Source of the DNA: Tubiluchus corallicola
Lineage: Eukaryota; Animalia; Priapulida
Direction of reading: 5' to 3'
DNA: 64,000 bases
Assembly: GCA_030141605.1 (NCBI GenBank)
Contig: JAQGDQ010000146.1
Location: 317,933 to 381,932 of the forward strand
The position numbers and the translations under genes were made by a program. Within the stretch, counting starts at the first letter, position 1. Every line of letters starts with the position of its first letter. Positions 1-11,607 of this stretch are shown piece after piece. Under the pieces are notes generated by a model. It ran no database searches. It had not been told where the DNA came from and saw only the letters and a list, made by a program, of their open reading frames with translations.

Positions 1-1411
1 GGAGAGAGCCTATCCTGGTCGTGGACTGATAACTTACTGTAGTCAGAAAATGCCGCATTAAACCTTAGTGTAATTTAAATTATTTGGTCTTGCGATTAAT
101 AGTGCTGTGGAATTATTATGAAACCAGCAACGCGTTATATAAAATGTGGCCACAATAATAACGTAATTTATCGAAGAAAAATCCAAATTTAACTACTGCA
201 CTTTAAATACATTTCAAATTAAATTTGAAAGCATAAATCGCAACAAAAATGGTTTTATAATCTACTATAACTTTAATCATAAGCACTGCATTTTAAACAC
301 AATAATTTGGCTTAAACCCCATCACTAAACATATTTAATTTCACATTAAATTTCGCCTAGATTTTAACAGAAAAGCAGACCACCTTTTTGTGGTACCTGC
401 TGATAAAATTGGTCACACATCTCAATTTATATACAAGGTTAACATATCTTAAACTCATGATTACACGTACATGAATAAACTAAGGCCAACATTGAAGCCA
501 GGCAGTTTAGAGCGGATTTTCCGACAGTCTTAATACATGGTCAATTATAATGATTAGTGTACAATTTGTTAAATTAGTTATGTAATGTGTATGGTATAGT
601 TTATCTGAGACACAAAGTTTAGAAACCATCAAATTTAAGCTCGCCGATATTTGAGAAACAAACTTTTTTTTTGAAATGAAAAACTCACTTCAGTTGTGAT
701 AAATTTGAATTTAAAAACAGTAAAATTCTTAATTTAGTTCTTTTTTTAAACATTTAAACAGTTACACATTTAAACAGTTAACTTTGTTTTTGGAGCATCC
801 TTCCAGACTTAGGTCCCTCTCAAGTTCTCAAACCTGACTTGTGTGCTGGTTTTTTCTTGTTAAAATGTATAGTCTGATGTTTCCTTCCGTTAACTACTTG
901 AGCAAAACACTCATATCTCTGTTCGCCAGACAAAAGCAGGGTCATGTCAGTCCAAATTTGCCGATTGGCCGTATTTACCAATACTGAGCTAATACAGTAG
1001 GTGCCTTATATTAGACTCACAGTAATGTAGAATCAATCACCTAATTGTCTCAAAAACTTTTAAATACGGTTACTCCTATGCAAAAGTATATAAGAACTGT
1101 CAGCAATTGACTCAAATAACTCCGCATAATTGACTTTGTGCGACCAATGAGCTTTTTCTATTTTTATGCCGTCTTACTTGGCTTTTGTGCAGTACAATAT
1201 ATGTACGTCACACACGTGTGGTCTTACACGCTGTTTGGTTATACTGATGTAATAATGTAATCGTAGTGATGGCCTGCCAACTAGCGGTCAGCTCGTGAAA
1301 CAACTGACTGCGTTCGTAGTATGCGGCACTTTTTAACGGTTCAGATTTTATGCAATTATCTGATATCCGTAAAAGCGAGGTCTCATAATCTTGAGCTTTT
1401 GATTCTAACAG

Positions 1412-1625
1412 CTGTTAAAGCCAGATCCCATCAGGGCTGCTCACCTAGATCACGAGTTCCGCAAAGGATTTGTCGGGATTGCAAAGCGATTGTGGCACCA
1501 TTGCACATACATCATCTGCTGTACGTCTGGTGCATTCAGCATATACGCCAGCGCACTGGAGGAAAAGTATGCTAAAGACATTCGCATGTTTTCACCTATC
1601 TATAGTTCTACAGAAGGGCCAATAG
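1412..1625 (+). CDS. GHDC: GH3-domain protein (GHDC-like), internal exon A (5' exons lie upstream of window)
   Basis: Acceptor ctaacag|, donor |gtaag; translates LLKPDPIRAAHLDHEFRKGFVGIAKRLWHHCTYIICCTSGAFSIYASALEEKYAKDIRMFSPIYSSTEGPI(G). KPDP..A..L..EF..GF.GI..R.W and YSSTEG (cf. GH3 YASSEG) are GH3 hallmarks; ends in phase 1. Confidence 0.9.
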
Positions 1626-2451
1626 GTAAGTTTTTCATGAATTTCAAGTTTAGAATTACGTCCCGAATAGCAGGCTGAACGCATCATATTATAGCAAACA
1701 TAAAGCTTAATTAACGAATGTACGATAATCAGTACGAAAACTTAATTAATGAAAGTAAATGGAAGCAAGAAAGTACAATATTTGCTATAATAACATAAGT
1801 ACACAAAATTTGTCAATGTCAAAAAGTTTTTTATGTAAATTTATATTAAAAATTTCTTATATGGTGGCGCAGGCTCCCATATTGTAAAAGCGACACATTG
1901 GTACAGTGCTCTTTTATCTAAACATCAGTAAATGTGTGCTTGCATAGCAAAATCGTCCACAAGTCAACAATTAAGCTTTTCTAGTTATTCACATATCCTG
2001 AATTTCCATTTCATGAGGATCATTTTAATACCAAGCTCATTGCTCTGTGTTATTTCTAAGCTGAGATAATCCATGTTGAAGTTGAGGTACAGGCTGCACA
2101 CTGAAAACCATAACCTTGAGAAAATCACTGTTAAAGTCAGCCATTGTTTTTTGTTGCATTTCTACAAAACACTTAGCAACCGTACAAATGTTGGTTGCTA
2201 TGGATTTTACAAGAGCACATTGAAGTTATGTTTAAATCCAATAGACGGCTCTTCCTGACGAAGATCTGGACTTGGCAACAGAAAAAAAACCGAAAAAAAT
2301 GACATCTTCCACAAGCTGTTGTCGGAGTTTGAAAATACAAGTTTTTTTACAATTGCAGTACTAGTTTCTAGCCAGAAAAAAGAAAGTGGGTTGCAAAATT
2401 AGATTTTTAGCATTTTTTTAAATGTTATCTTGATAATTTGATGCTAGAGTA

Positions 2452-2592
2452 CAAAAGTCCAATATATTTAGCATTTGTTTTTATAAAAAACAAAAGATTG
2501 ACATTTGACCCAATTTTTGGTACTTTCTACTTTGAAGCATCATAACGTAGCTTTAACTATGCTGACTTATTATACGGTTTTGATTTGCAAGC
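2452..2592 (+). repeat. Dispersed repeat fragment shared with 9865-10005
   Basis: caaaagtccaatatatttagc...tactttgaagcatcataacgtag...acggtttt occurs in two different introns of the GH3 gene. Confidence 0.75.
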
Positions 2593-2694
2593 GCATAATT
2601 AATGTTATGTTGATTAGTACTAATTAATTTTGCACTATAAAATGAAATATTTGCCATTTTTGGAGTACAAAAACATTATACCCGCTTTTTGAAG

Positions 2695-2819
2695 GTATTA
2701 ATCTGTGGCCACAGGAAGAATTAGCTCACTACGTGATGACATGCAACACGACATTTTTCGAATTCATTCCAATTTCTCTGGTGGATGAGTCAGAACCAAA
2801 GACGCTATTCCTAGATCAA
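2695..2819 (+). CDS. GHDC: GH3-domain protein, exon B
   Basis: tttttgaag| ... |gtatgt; phase 1 to 0; (G)INLWPQEELAHYVMTCNTTFFEFIPISLVDESEPKTLFLDQ contains the GH3 G(I/V)NL.P and FFEFIP motifs. Confidence 0.92.
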
Positions 2820-3260
2820 GTATGTAACCTTTCATATGCTTTTCATATAGCTGGGTATTGATTATTTAAACTTGTGAAAATAAAGTGTTTATCATTACAA
2901 TCGTTTGACTTTAGGAAGTATTTTGAAAGCATATGTCAAAAAAAAATGTTACCACGCACAATGTCATATCATACTTGAAATTTATGTTTCCAGGTTAAAG
3001 ATTATTGTTTCCCTTAAATATTGTTACCTAGTGTAACTAGTTGGAATGCTTCTGCAACTTTCGTATTGAATTATACTATCATATGTAAATAAATGAATAA
3101 ATGAACAAATTCAAAGTAAATCATAGACGCAAAATTTGCCTCAATCTTTTCTGCAGCAAACAACAAATTACAAACTTTGAAACTATGCCATTAGTTCATA
3201 ATTATGTTGTAATACATTATAGCATTGTTCATTATAACCATGATGGGTGGGCATAGAATG

Positions 3261-4057
3261 TAGCTACTGATCATGGTCTTGGGTTGACACCATACAGTTA
3301 GTGATCATAGTCTTGCATTGACACCCTACAGCTACTGATCATAGTCTTGCATTGACACACTACAGCTACTGATCATAGTCTTGCATTGACACCATACAGC
3401 TATTGATCATAGTCTTGCATTGACACCCTACAGCTACTGATCATAGTCTTGCATTGACACCCTGCAGCTACTGATCATAGTCTTGCATTGACACACTACA
3501 GCTACTGATCATAGTCTTGCATTGACACCATACAGCTATTGATCATAGTCTTGCATTGACACCCTACAGCTACTGATCATAGTCTTGCATTGACACCCTG
3601 CAGCTACTGATCGTAGTCATGCATTGACACCCTACAGCTACTGATCATAGTCTTGCATTGACACCATACAGCTATTGATCATAGTCTTGCATTGACACCC
3701 TACAGCTACTGATCATAGTCTTGCATTGACACCCTACAGCTACTGATCGTAGTCATGCATTGACACCCTACAGCTACTGATCATAGTCTTGCATTTACAG
3801 CTATGATCATAGTCTATTGACACCCTACAGCTACTGATCAGTCATGCATTGACACCCTACAGCTACTGATCATAGTCTTGCATTGACACCATACAGCTGC
3901 TGATCATAGTCTTGCATTGACACCCTACAGCTACTGATCATAGTCTTGCATTGACACCCTACAGCTACTGATCATAGTCTTGCATTGACACCATACAGCT
4001 ACTGATCATAGTCTTGCATTGACACCCTACAGCTACTGATCATAGTCATGCATTGAC
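3261..4057. repeat. 34-bp minisatellite, ~23 copies (intron B-C)
   Basis: Unit gatcatagtcttgcattgacaccctacagctact; ends ~36 nt upstream of the exon C acceptor. Confidence 0.95.
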
Positions 4058-4093
4058 TGTAAATCCACAACTAATTGATGTTAACAATTTTAG

Positions 4094-4221
4094 ATAAAAG
4101 AAGGCGAGACGTACGAAGTTGTCATCACCAACATGAGTGGTCTGTATCGATACAGGTTTGGTGACATAGTGAGAGTTACTCGCTTTTGGAACGAGTGTCC
4201 CGTGGTGGAGTTTTTGTCCAG
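4094..4221 (+). CDS. GHDC: GH3-domain protein, exon C
   Basis: ttttag| ... |gtacag; phase 0 to 2; IKEGETYEVVITNMSGLYRYRFGDIVRVTRFWNECPVVEFLS(R) contains GLYRYRxGD, the GH3 nucleotide-binding motif. Confidence 0.95.
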
Positions 4222-4907
4222 GTACAGTATTTCATTTCACTAGTTGACCACTTTTTAAAAGTGCTACTGGAAAATTTACTACATCCTGGAATTTGTCCAG
4301 AAATTATCTATTAAGATTGCAGAAGTGATGTTTTTGTGCTTCTATATTGCTAAACTTATTTCATGGTTATTTATTGTATGACAGAGGTCATACTACAAAC
4401 GCAAATTAATTGCAACCTTCATCCTCAAGCCCTGCAACTGTTTCCATGTTTGTCCAGAACTTGCATTGGTTAAGGAAGTGTCGTGTTGATAGGTTGTTAA
4501 ATTGATGTATCTGGTATCGTCTCGAAAATGGGGAATTTACTTTAGTTCCTAGATCTTGTTTATTTCATGTTTAGCTCAGAAAAGATGGGAGAGTCGATGT
4601 ATCAAGCTAAATGTTTTATCTAAAAGGCTGTTCTCAAAATTTTTATTATTAATATTTGTTGTCCACTTCTGTGTTTTCTGTATATATTGTAAATAAACTA
4701 ATAAACAATGAATTAAAACATCATGATGTACTTATTTACATTCAATCACACATAACGGGGTAACATACAATCTGTAAAATAATAAATAGAAATGCTAATA
4801 AACGTCACGTCCAGTTCACAATTTCAATATACCATTCTGGGATATCTAATCTCGACATATTTAGCGTGCTTATCCTATGAGGAAAGCCGTGTATACGAGG
4901 CTTCTAT

Positions 4908-5422
4908 ACATGGGGAAAATGACTTCCCTTTAACAACAGTTATTACACATTAAGTTTAGAGATAGCTTTGCCTCTAAACGTGGGGAAACTTTACTTCCCT
5001 TTAACTACAGTTAGTACACATTAAGTTAAGAGATAGCTTTGCCTCTTAACGTCGGGGAAACTTTACTTCCCTTTAACTACAGTTAGTACATATTAAGTTA
5101 AGAGATAGTTTTGCCTCTTAACATGGGGGAAACTTTAATTCCCTTTAACAACAGTTAGTACGCATTAATTTAAGAGATAGCTTTACCTCTAAATGTGGGG
5201 GAACTTTACTTCCCTTTAACAACAGTTAGTACACATTAATTTAAGAGATAGCTTTACCTCTAAACGTGGGGGAACTTTACTTCCCTTTAACTACAGTTAG
5301 TACATATTAAGTTAAGAGATAGCTTTACCTCTAAACGTGGGGGAACTTTACTTCCCTTTAACTACAGTTAGTACATATTAAGTTAAGAGATAGTTTACCT
5401 TTTGCTTCTTAACATGGGGAAA
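4908..5422. repeat. 71-72-bp minisatellite, ~7 copies (intron C-D)
   Basis: Unit ggggaaactttacttccctttaactacagttagtacacattaagttaagagatagctttgcctcttaacgt. Confidence 0.92.
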
Positions 5423-5859
5423 ACCTGCTCCGTCAACTATTACGGCCGTCATGGTTTTCTCAATAAGTTATTTCCTGCCTCGGACTTTATACCAGGCTGA
5501 TTCATTTGATCCTCCATGATAAATGCTAAGATTTCATTCAATTCACTCAAGCTACAAAAAGAGAAATCTTTCGCTTCTACTGTATTTAAAATATCCTAAT
5601 TCAGAGACACTTTAGAAATTTGATCCTCGGTTAGTTTGCATTCCTCTTGTATGCGTGATCGTACAAGCTTCGGTCTAGATATCAGCATTGTTGCAAAATA
5701 TATATCATATGCATTTCACATTATTTTCCATACATGTTAAAACTGAATAATGCTTTGCAAAATCTCTTTTTCTTCATAAGCAAACGTTTAGAATGCTATT
5801 TCCGGCAATGTATAAGTTGATTTATGATGTTTAATATCAGCTGACATGATTTTATGCAG

Positions 5860-6005
5860 AAAAGGTCAGTTGCTGAACGTGCGAGGCGAGAAGATAGGGG
5901 AAGATGCATTCTACTATGCACTTGTGCATTGTGCCAACAGATGGCACCACCGACGAGTAATGGATTACACTTGTTGCGAAAGTGTGCTCATGGACACTTT
6001 ACAAG
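5860..6005 (+). CDS. GHDC: GH3-domain protein, exon D
   Basis: tttatgcag| ... |gtctgt; phase 2 to 1; (R)KGQLLNVRGEKIGEDAFYYALVHCANRWHHRRVMDYTCCESVLMDTLQ contains the GH3 hinge R.G.LL...GEK..E. Confidence 0.9.
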
Positions 6006-6172
6006 GTCTGTATATTTAAGATAAAATAAAAATAAAAATTTTAACTATAGAAATGAATAGTCTTGGATGTTGGCAAACATATTAGTCTTTGCCAAGAGTT
6101 CTACAGTCAAACATTGTTATGCCACCAAACTCGTTTACTCTCTGCAAAATGGCCAGGAACAAAACGGCTGTA

Positions 6173-6795
6173 TTAACGCTTATAGGGTCACCCCCAGATT
6201 ACCCCCAGATCGTTTTTGCATTTTACCCTTTTACCATACGCATCCCAGTAAACCTTTTCTATGACTTTTTCTAAATATGTTTTGTGCACAAAACACTTTC
6301 AGTTATTTATTTTAGGCGCATTGTCTCACCACGAAATAAAAGTGAAAATGCAATATGTCGACTTTTTAAAATTGTCAAAACTTTACTTCGCTTGTCTATA
6401 CATTATACGGGCAATGTATCCGATAAAACAAAATGTCAGACGTCTGTATGCAGAAATTACTCCACCTAAAAGAAGAAAGTAGTAGACAATAAATTCAAAA
6501 TAACAATGATTTTTGCACACGCGCTAGCAATGTCGGTTGTCTACAGTTATTCCAGCATAGATAAGAGAACGTAACTAAGTGAATTTCAATTTCATATTAC
6601 TAGCAAGTCACATGTCTTTAAGCAGAGGTATAATGTATCCTACCGGGGTCAGCATAACCACAAATTGTGCTGTTGCTGTTTACTAATGAAACACGGCTGT
6701 TTATCAAAAGTGATTTGCGAATTATAGTGTTGGTAATGTTTTAGCCCCTGTTTACCAAAATCGGTTGTAAAAAATCGTGACCCTATAAGGGTTAA
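6173..6795. mobile_element. piggyBac-like MITE (intron D-E)
   Basis: TTAA-CGCTTATAGGGTCAC ... GTGACCCTATAAGGG-TTAA: 15-bp TIR with 1 mismatch, TTAA at both ends, CCC/GGG-type terminus; no transposase ORF. Confidence 0.75.
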
Positions 6796-8158
6796 ACTGT
6801 ATATAAAAATAACCCCGTTATACTGCCTCCCCCTAACTGCCATCGGCTAGACAAATTAATATATGTGTTCAATAGTGAATACCACCAGCCATGCCAGTGA
6901 CCTTGATATCATGCCAGCTCTACGAAGCTGCTAAGGTGCTATACCCTCGGCTGAGTTTCTTGCGCGCTGACCAGACGTCACATGTGGTGGAAATTCAATT
7001 AATTTATTAACTTCGCAAGAATTATCAAAATACAGTAGGGCAGCAAAGAACCCGTAGGCTATCTAGTCAGCCACCCTTAAATAGCTAGGATTAAATAAAA
7101 TTAATTTCGGCACCGTTCTCAATTTAAATTTGTATTCGGTTGACGTGTGTAATTGGCAATTAAATGATGGGAAACGTCATACTATAGAACATAATAATTT
7201 AAATAACCAAAAATTTACAATGTGAATCATGCGAAACAAACAAAATAAAAATAACTTCAAATTTTAACACAACGGAAAATGCATAATTTCACCTTTATCT
7301 TCAAAATTTGGCAAAAACAGTAGAATGATCAACCAAAGATGTCAAGAAAGGGTCGGAAAATCATCCGGAAAAAAACGCATGTTATTGTGCCATGTTTGTT
7401 TGTAAGCTGTACAGTGCGGTGTACATTCACAATAGTAAAGGATTGATAGCTCTGATATTATCATCAATGCATAACGTGGTCAGAATAGCAACTGGCATGA
7501 AAACACGCGGTTCTTTTTTAGCCAGAAGAAGCCACGATATTTGCTTGTTTTCTAAGAAAATGCCAACAATAAATTTGTAGTTGTGACTTAAACTTGTTTT
7601 TACATATACATGATTAGTGCAGGTCTACAGCCTGTATATAGTTTACACATTTATTACATAAAAAGTGTTTTTGATAAAGATAATTGAGTTTGAGTGAGTC
7701 ATTAATTCACAAATGATTATTTTAATAATTTTCATTTTAATTCTTTAATCTTTAGAGCAAAAATTGAAGATTTTAATCTTTGCACACTTGTCCGACTGTC
7801 CTGTGATTCATTTGTGAAAAAATTAACACACCTCATTATAACGCCAAGCTCGCTGTCAGTTTTTTTCCCATCCCAAAGTGGGCGGTATGAAAGGGGCTTA
7901 ACTGTATAACACAATAAAGACATTTGTCTGAACAAGCAGGGTACATGGCATACTAATTTGCAATCAGGTTCGACTCCATACAAAGTAGTTGCATTATACT
8001 CACAAGACTGCCAGAACAAAAAGACTTATGTGTAGACAGAATCCTTTAAATTATTAGCTGTCAGCTAACTTTTATAGATGTGACCATACATCTTATCTAG
8101 GTGGTGAGTAATGTCCATTTCTGCTTTCCTTCCTGATAGCGGCTTTCTACCTTTTCAG

Positions 8159-8259
8159 GCAAGACGACATCGTCGGTTCCTTATTACTTGGTGTTTGTTG
8201 AACTAAGTGGTGGTGATGGTGATCAGGTGCCAGTTATAACCGGTGCAGAAAAGCATATG
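8159..8259 (+). CDS. GHDC: GH3-domain protein, exon E
   Basis: cttttcag| ... |gtaagc; phase 1 to 0; (G)KTTSSVPYYLVFVELSGGDGDQVPVITGAEKHM (cf. GH3 P.Y.vFvEL). Its 3' half is the first unit of the 77-bp array. Confidence 0.85.
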
Positions 8260-9817
8260 GTAAGCATTGTGTCATAGTTTCAACTGGTGGTGATGGTGAT
8301 CAGGTGCCAGTTATAACAAGTGCAGAAAAGCATATGGTAAGCATTGTGTCATAGTTTCAAGTGGTGGTGATGGTGATCAGGTGCCATTTATAACCGGTGC
8401 AGAAAAGCATATGGTAAGCATTGTGTCATAGTTTCAAGTGGTGGTGACAGTGATCAGTTACTAGTTATAACCGGTGCAGAAAAGCATATGGTAAGCATTG
8501 TGTCATAGTTTCAAGTGGTGGTGACGGTGATTAGGTGCCAGTTATAACCGGTGCAGAAAAGCATATGGTAAGCATTGTGTCATAGTTTCAACTGTTGGTG
8601 ATGGTGATCAGGTGCCAGTTATAACAAGTGCAGAAAAGCATATGGTAAGCATTGTGTCATAGTTTCAAGTGGTGGTGATGGTGATCAGGTGCCTGTTATA
8701 ACCGGTGCAGAAAAGCATATGGTAAGTATTGTGTCATAGTTTCAAGTGGTGGTGACGGTGATCAGGTGCCAGTTATAACAAGTGCAGAAAAGCATATGGT
8801 AAGCATTGTGTCATAGTTTCAAGTGGTGGTGATGGTGATCAGGTGCCAGTTATAACCGGTGCAGAAAAGCATATGGAAGCATTGTGTCATAGTGTCAAGT
8901 GGTGGTGACGGTGATCAGGTGCCAGTTATAACCGGTGCAGAAAAGCATATGGTAAGCATTGTGTCATAGTTTCAAGTGGTGGTGACGGTGATCAGGGCCA
9001 GTTATAACCGGTGCAGAAAAGCATATGGTAAGCATTGTGTCATAGTTTCAAGTGGTGGTGACAGTGATCAGGTGCCAGTTATAACCGGTGCAGAAAAGCA
9101 TATGGTAAGCATTGTGTCATAGTTTCAAGTGGTGGTGACGGTGATCAGGTGCCTGTTATAACCGGTGCAGAAAAGCATATTATAAGCATTGTGTCATAGT
9201 TTCAAGTGGTGGTGACGGTGATCAGGTGCCAGTTATAACAAGTGCAGAAAAGCATATGGTAAGCATTGTGTCATAGTTTCAAGTGGTGGTGACGGTGATC
9301 AGGTGCCTGTTATAACCGGTGCAGAAAAGCATATGGTAAGCATTGTGTCATAGTTTCAAGTGGTGGTGACGGTGATCAGGTGCCAGTTATAACCGGTGCA
9401 GAAAAGCATATGGTAAGCATTGTGTCATAGTTTCAAGTGGTGGTGATGGTGATCAGGTGCCTGTTATAACCGGTGCAGAAAAGCATATGGTAAGCATTGT
9501 GTCATAGTTTCAAGTGGTGGTGACGGTGATCAGGTGCCAGTTATAACCGGTGCAGAAAAGCATATGGTAAGCATTGTGTCATAGCTTCAAGTGGTGGTGA
9601 TGGTAATCAGGTGCCAGTTATAACCGGTGCAGAAAAGCATATGGTAAGCATTGTGTCATAGTTTCAAGTGGTGGTGATGGTGATCAGGTGCCATTTATAA
9701 CCGGTGCAGAAAAGCATATGGTAAGCATTGTGTCATAGTTTCAAGTGGTGGTGATGGTGATCAGGTGCCATTTATAACCGGTGCAGAAAAGCATATGGTA
9801 AGCATTGTGTCATAGTT
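8205..9817 (+). repeat. 77-bp tandem array of exon end + splice donor, 21 copies
   Basis: Unit agtggtggtgatggtgatcaggtgccagttataaccggtgcagaaaagcatatg|gtaagcattgtgtcatagtttca; donor positions 8260, 8337 ... 9798. Confidence 0.97.
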
Positions 9818-10252
9818 GAACAAGCGTCAGTTGAGCACAAATAATCAGCCAGTAGTAGTCCAATGCAAAAGTCCAATATATTTAGCGTTTGTTTTTATAA
9901 AAAATAAAAAATGAGATTTGATTAAATTTTTGGTACATTCTACTTTGAAGCATCATAACGTAGTTTTAACTATGCCGACTTACGGACGGTTTTGGTTTGA
10001 AAGCATGCATATGACAAGTCCTTTTCCTTTTTATTCTAAAAAGTTTCTGGTTTTTTCTTCTTTGACTGTTATAGTTTTAAAACTTTAGCTAAAAGAATTT
10101 TACCGTTAGTTCTCAACTTTTCGATACATGCTTTTTCATTCTTATTATTTTTTATTTATTATTTACACCATTTATTTCGAACGTATAGTTCCCATTCGTC
10201 ATTTATAATACATAGTAAATTCTTTAACAGTTGCATGTCTTTTTTCCTTCAG

Positions 10253-10474
10253 CTGGACGACACTCTGCGAAAGATGTCGTACGTTTACGAATCCTTCCGT
10301 GCCAAAGGCAGCATCGATCCTATAGCAGTTTCCGTTGTTCGTTCCGGAACGTTTGCCCAATTTCGCGCGTTCATTCTAGAGAATACTCAAGCCGCCTCGA
10401 ACCAAGTGAAAATACCGCGAGTGATGATGAGAAAGGAATACTTGCAGTTTATGCTAGACAGAACCGTGTCATAA
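10253..10474 (+). CDS. GHDC: GH3-domain protein, terminal exon F
   Basis: ttttttccttcag|; phase 0; LDDTLRKMSYVYESFRAKGSIDPIAVSVVRSGTFAQFRAFILENTQAASNQVKIPRVMMRKEYLQFMLDRTVS-TAA matches the GH3 C-terminus (Y...R..GSI.P....V..GTF, Q.K.PR). Confidence 0.93.
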   Translation: MDDTLRKMSYVYESFRAKGSIDPIAVSVVRSGTFAQFRAFILENTQAASNQVKIPRVMMRKEYLQFMLDRTVS

Positions 10475-10494
10475 GTAATTTCATCAACGTGTTA

Positions 10495-11296
10495 CAGTAA
10501 ACTCCGTTTGACTCAATTCCAACCGGACCGAAAAAAGTTGATCGCCTTTGAGTTGGGCGATGTTGACCATTTTCCAGCATAGAGACTCTAAACTCCTCCT
10601 CCAGCCGACGAGCTGAATAGAAGGCAGAAAGTCAACCATTCTATACATAAACGATGAGATTTGATGACAATTACATAAAGAATAACAAATTATGTAGTGA
10701 AACACGATTTTTTTATGTTACAAAAGGACACGTACACAACACTGTTAAACAACATGACAGTGCATACCAGTGTCTTGCGTACTGCAGTTCAGTTTGTGCG
10801 AAGTTTAATTATTTACACACTCCGTCAATAATAAGTGTTAGACAGAGACAGTGAATTTGAACAGACAATGACAATAGAGCGATTGTTTTCCTGCCGCCGA
10901 CTGAGACTTTCCGGGAAAGATCTTCCCTGGTAGAGTGTCACTACGTAATAGCCGACTGCGACTTTCTCGGAAAGATCAATCTCGGAGAAAATAATCAAGG
11001 GGCGTGACTTGTAAGACATCAGAATTTTCCCGGAAGACGATATCATTTTTGAGTTCTAAGAAACTTTTTATTTTTCTAGAGTATAATTGCATTTTAGAGT
11101 TAAGCAAAGTAAATACACGTATTTTGATTAAATGTATCATAATTTTTTATTTGAGTTAGGCACAATTTTGAGGTGTGTATTTTGAGTTGAGCGATGTTTT
11201 TTGTGGGAAAAATGAAGGATTTCATCCGTTCTGCTAAAATTCTTTAGTTAGGCGAAAATTTGAGTTGTGCGATTTTGAGTTACGTGGAGTTTACTA
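10495..11296. mobile_element. Tc1/mariner-type MITE immediately 3' of GH3 stop codon
   Basis: TA-CAGTAAACTCCGTTTGACTCAA ... TTGAGTTACGTGGAGTTTACTA-TA; TA at both ends, CAGT terminus, multiple subterminal ttttgagtt motifs at 11046-11280. Confidence 0.65.
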
Positions 11297-11607
11297 TATT
11301 TGTATGGAATCAGCAGCGAGCCTTTGTAACAAGCTTAACTGTACAGCGGGTCAGTAAATGATAGATCACTTGTGCTTTAAAGTTATCACAATTAGCCATA
11401 AATATATTTTTAATAGTTAATCGTTATAATGTTTTCAATTTTCAATCTATTTCTTAAAATTTTTGCCACTCCTTATGGCCAGAAATGAAAAAGCAAAACA
11501 AAGTTCTTCAGGAAATGTGAAGGGAATGGTGCCGTTCCCTTTGAGAAATCAACATGAATCAGTCGCACCTCTATACATATATTGTCCTTAGAGCTACTGT
11601 GTAGATT

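Noticed and set aside
1321-1575. 84-aa ORF overlapping GH3 exon A
   Set aside because: Alternative frame; the GH3 motifs are in the 1412/1490 frame.
3261-4057. CRISPR-like regular 34-bp repeats (also the 22-, 39- and 41-bp arrays)
   Set aside because: Units are head-to-tail with no unique spacers, no cas genes, and the context is eukaryotic.
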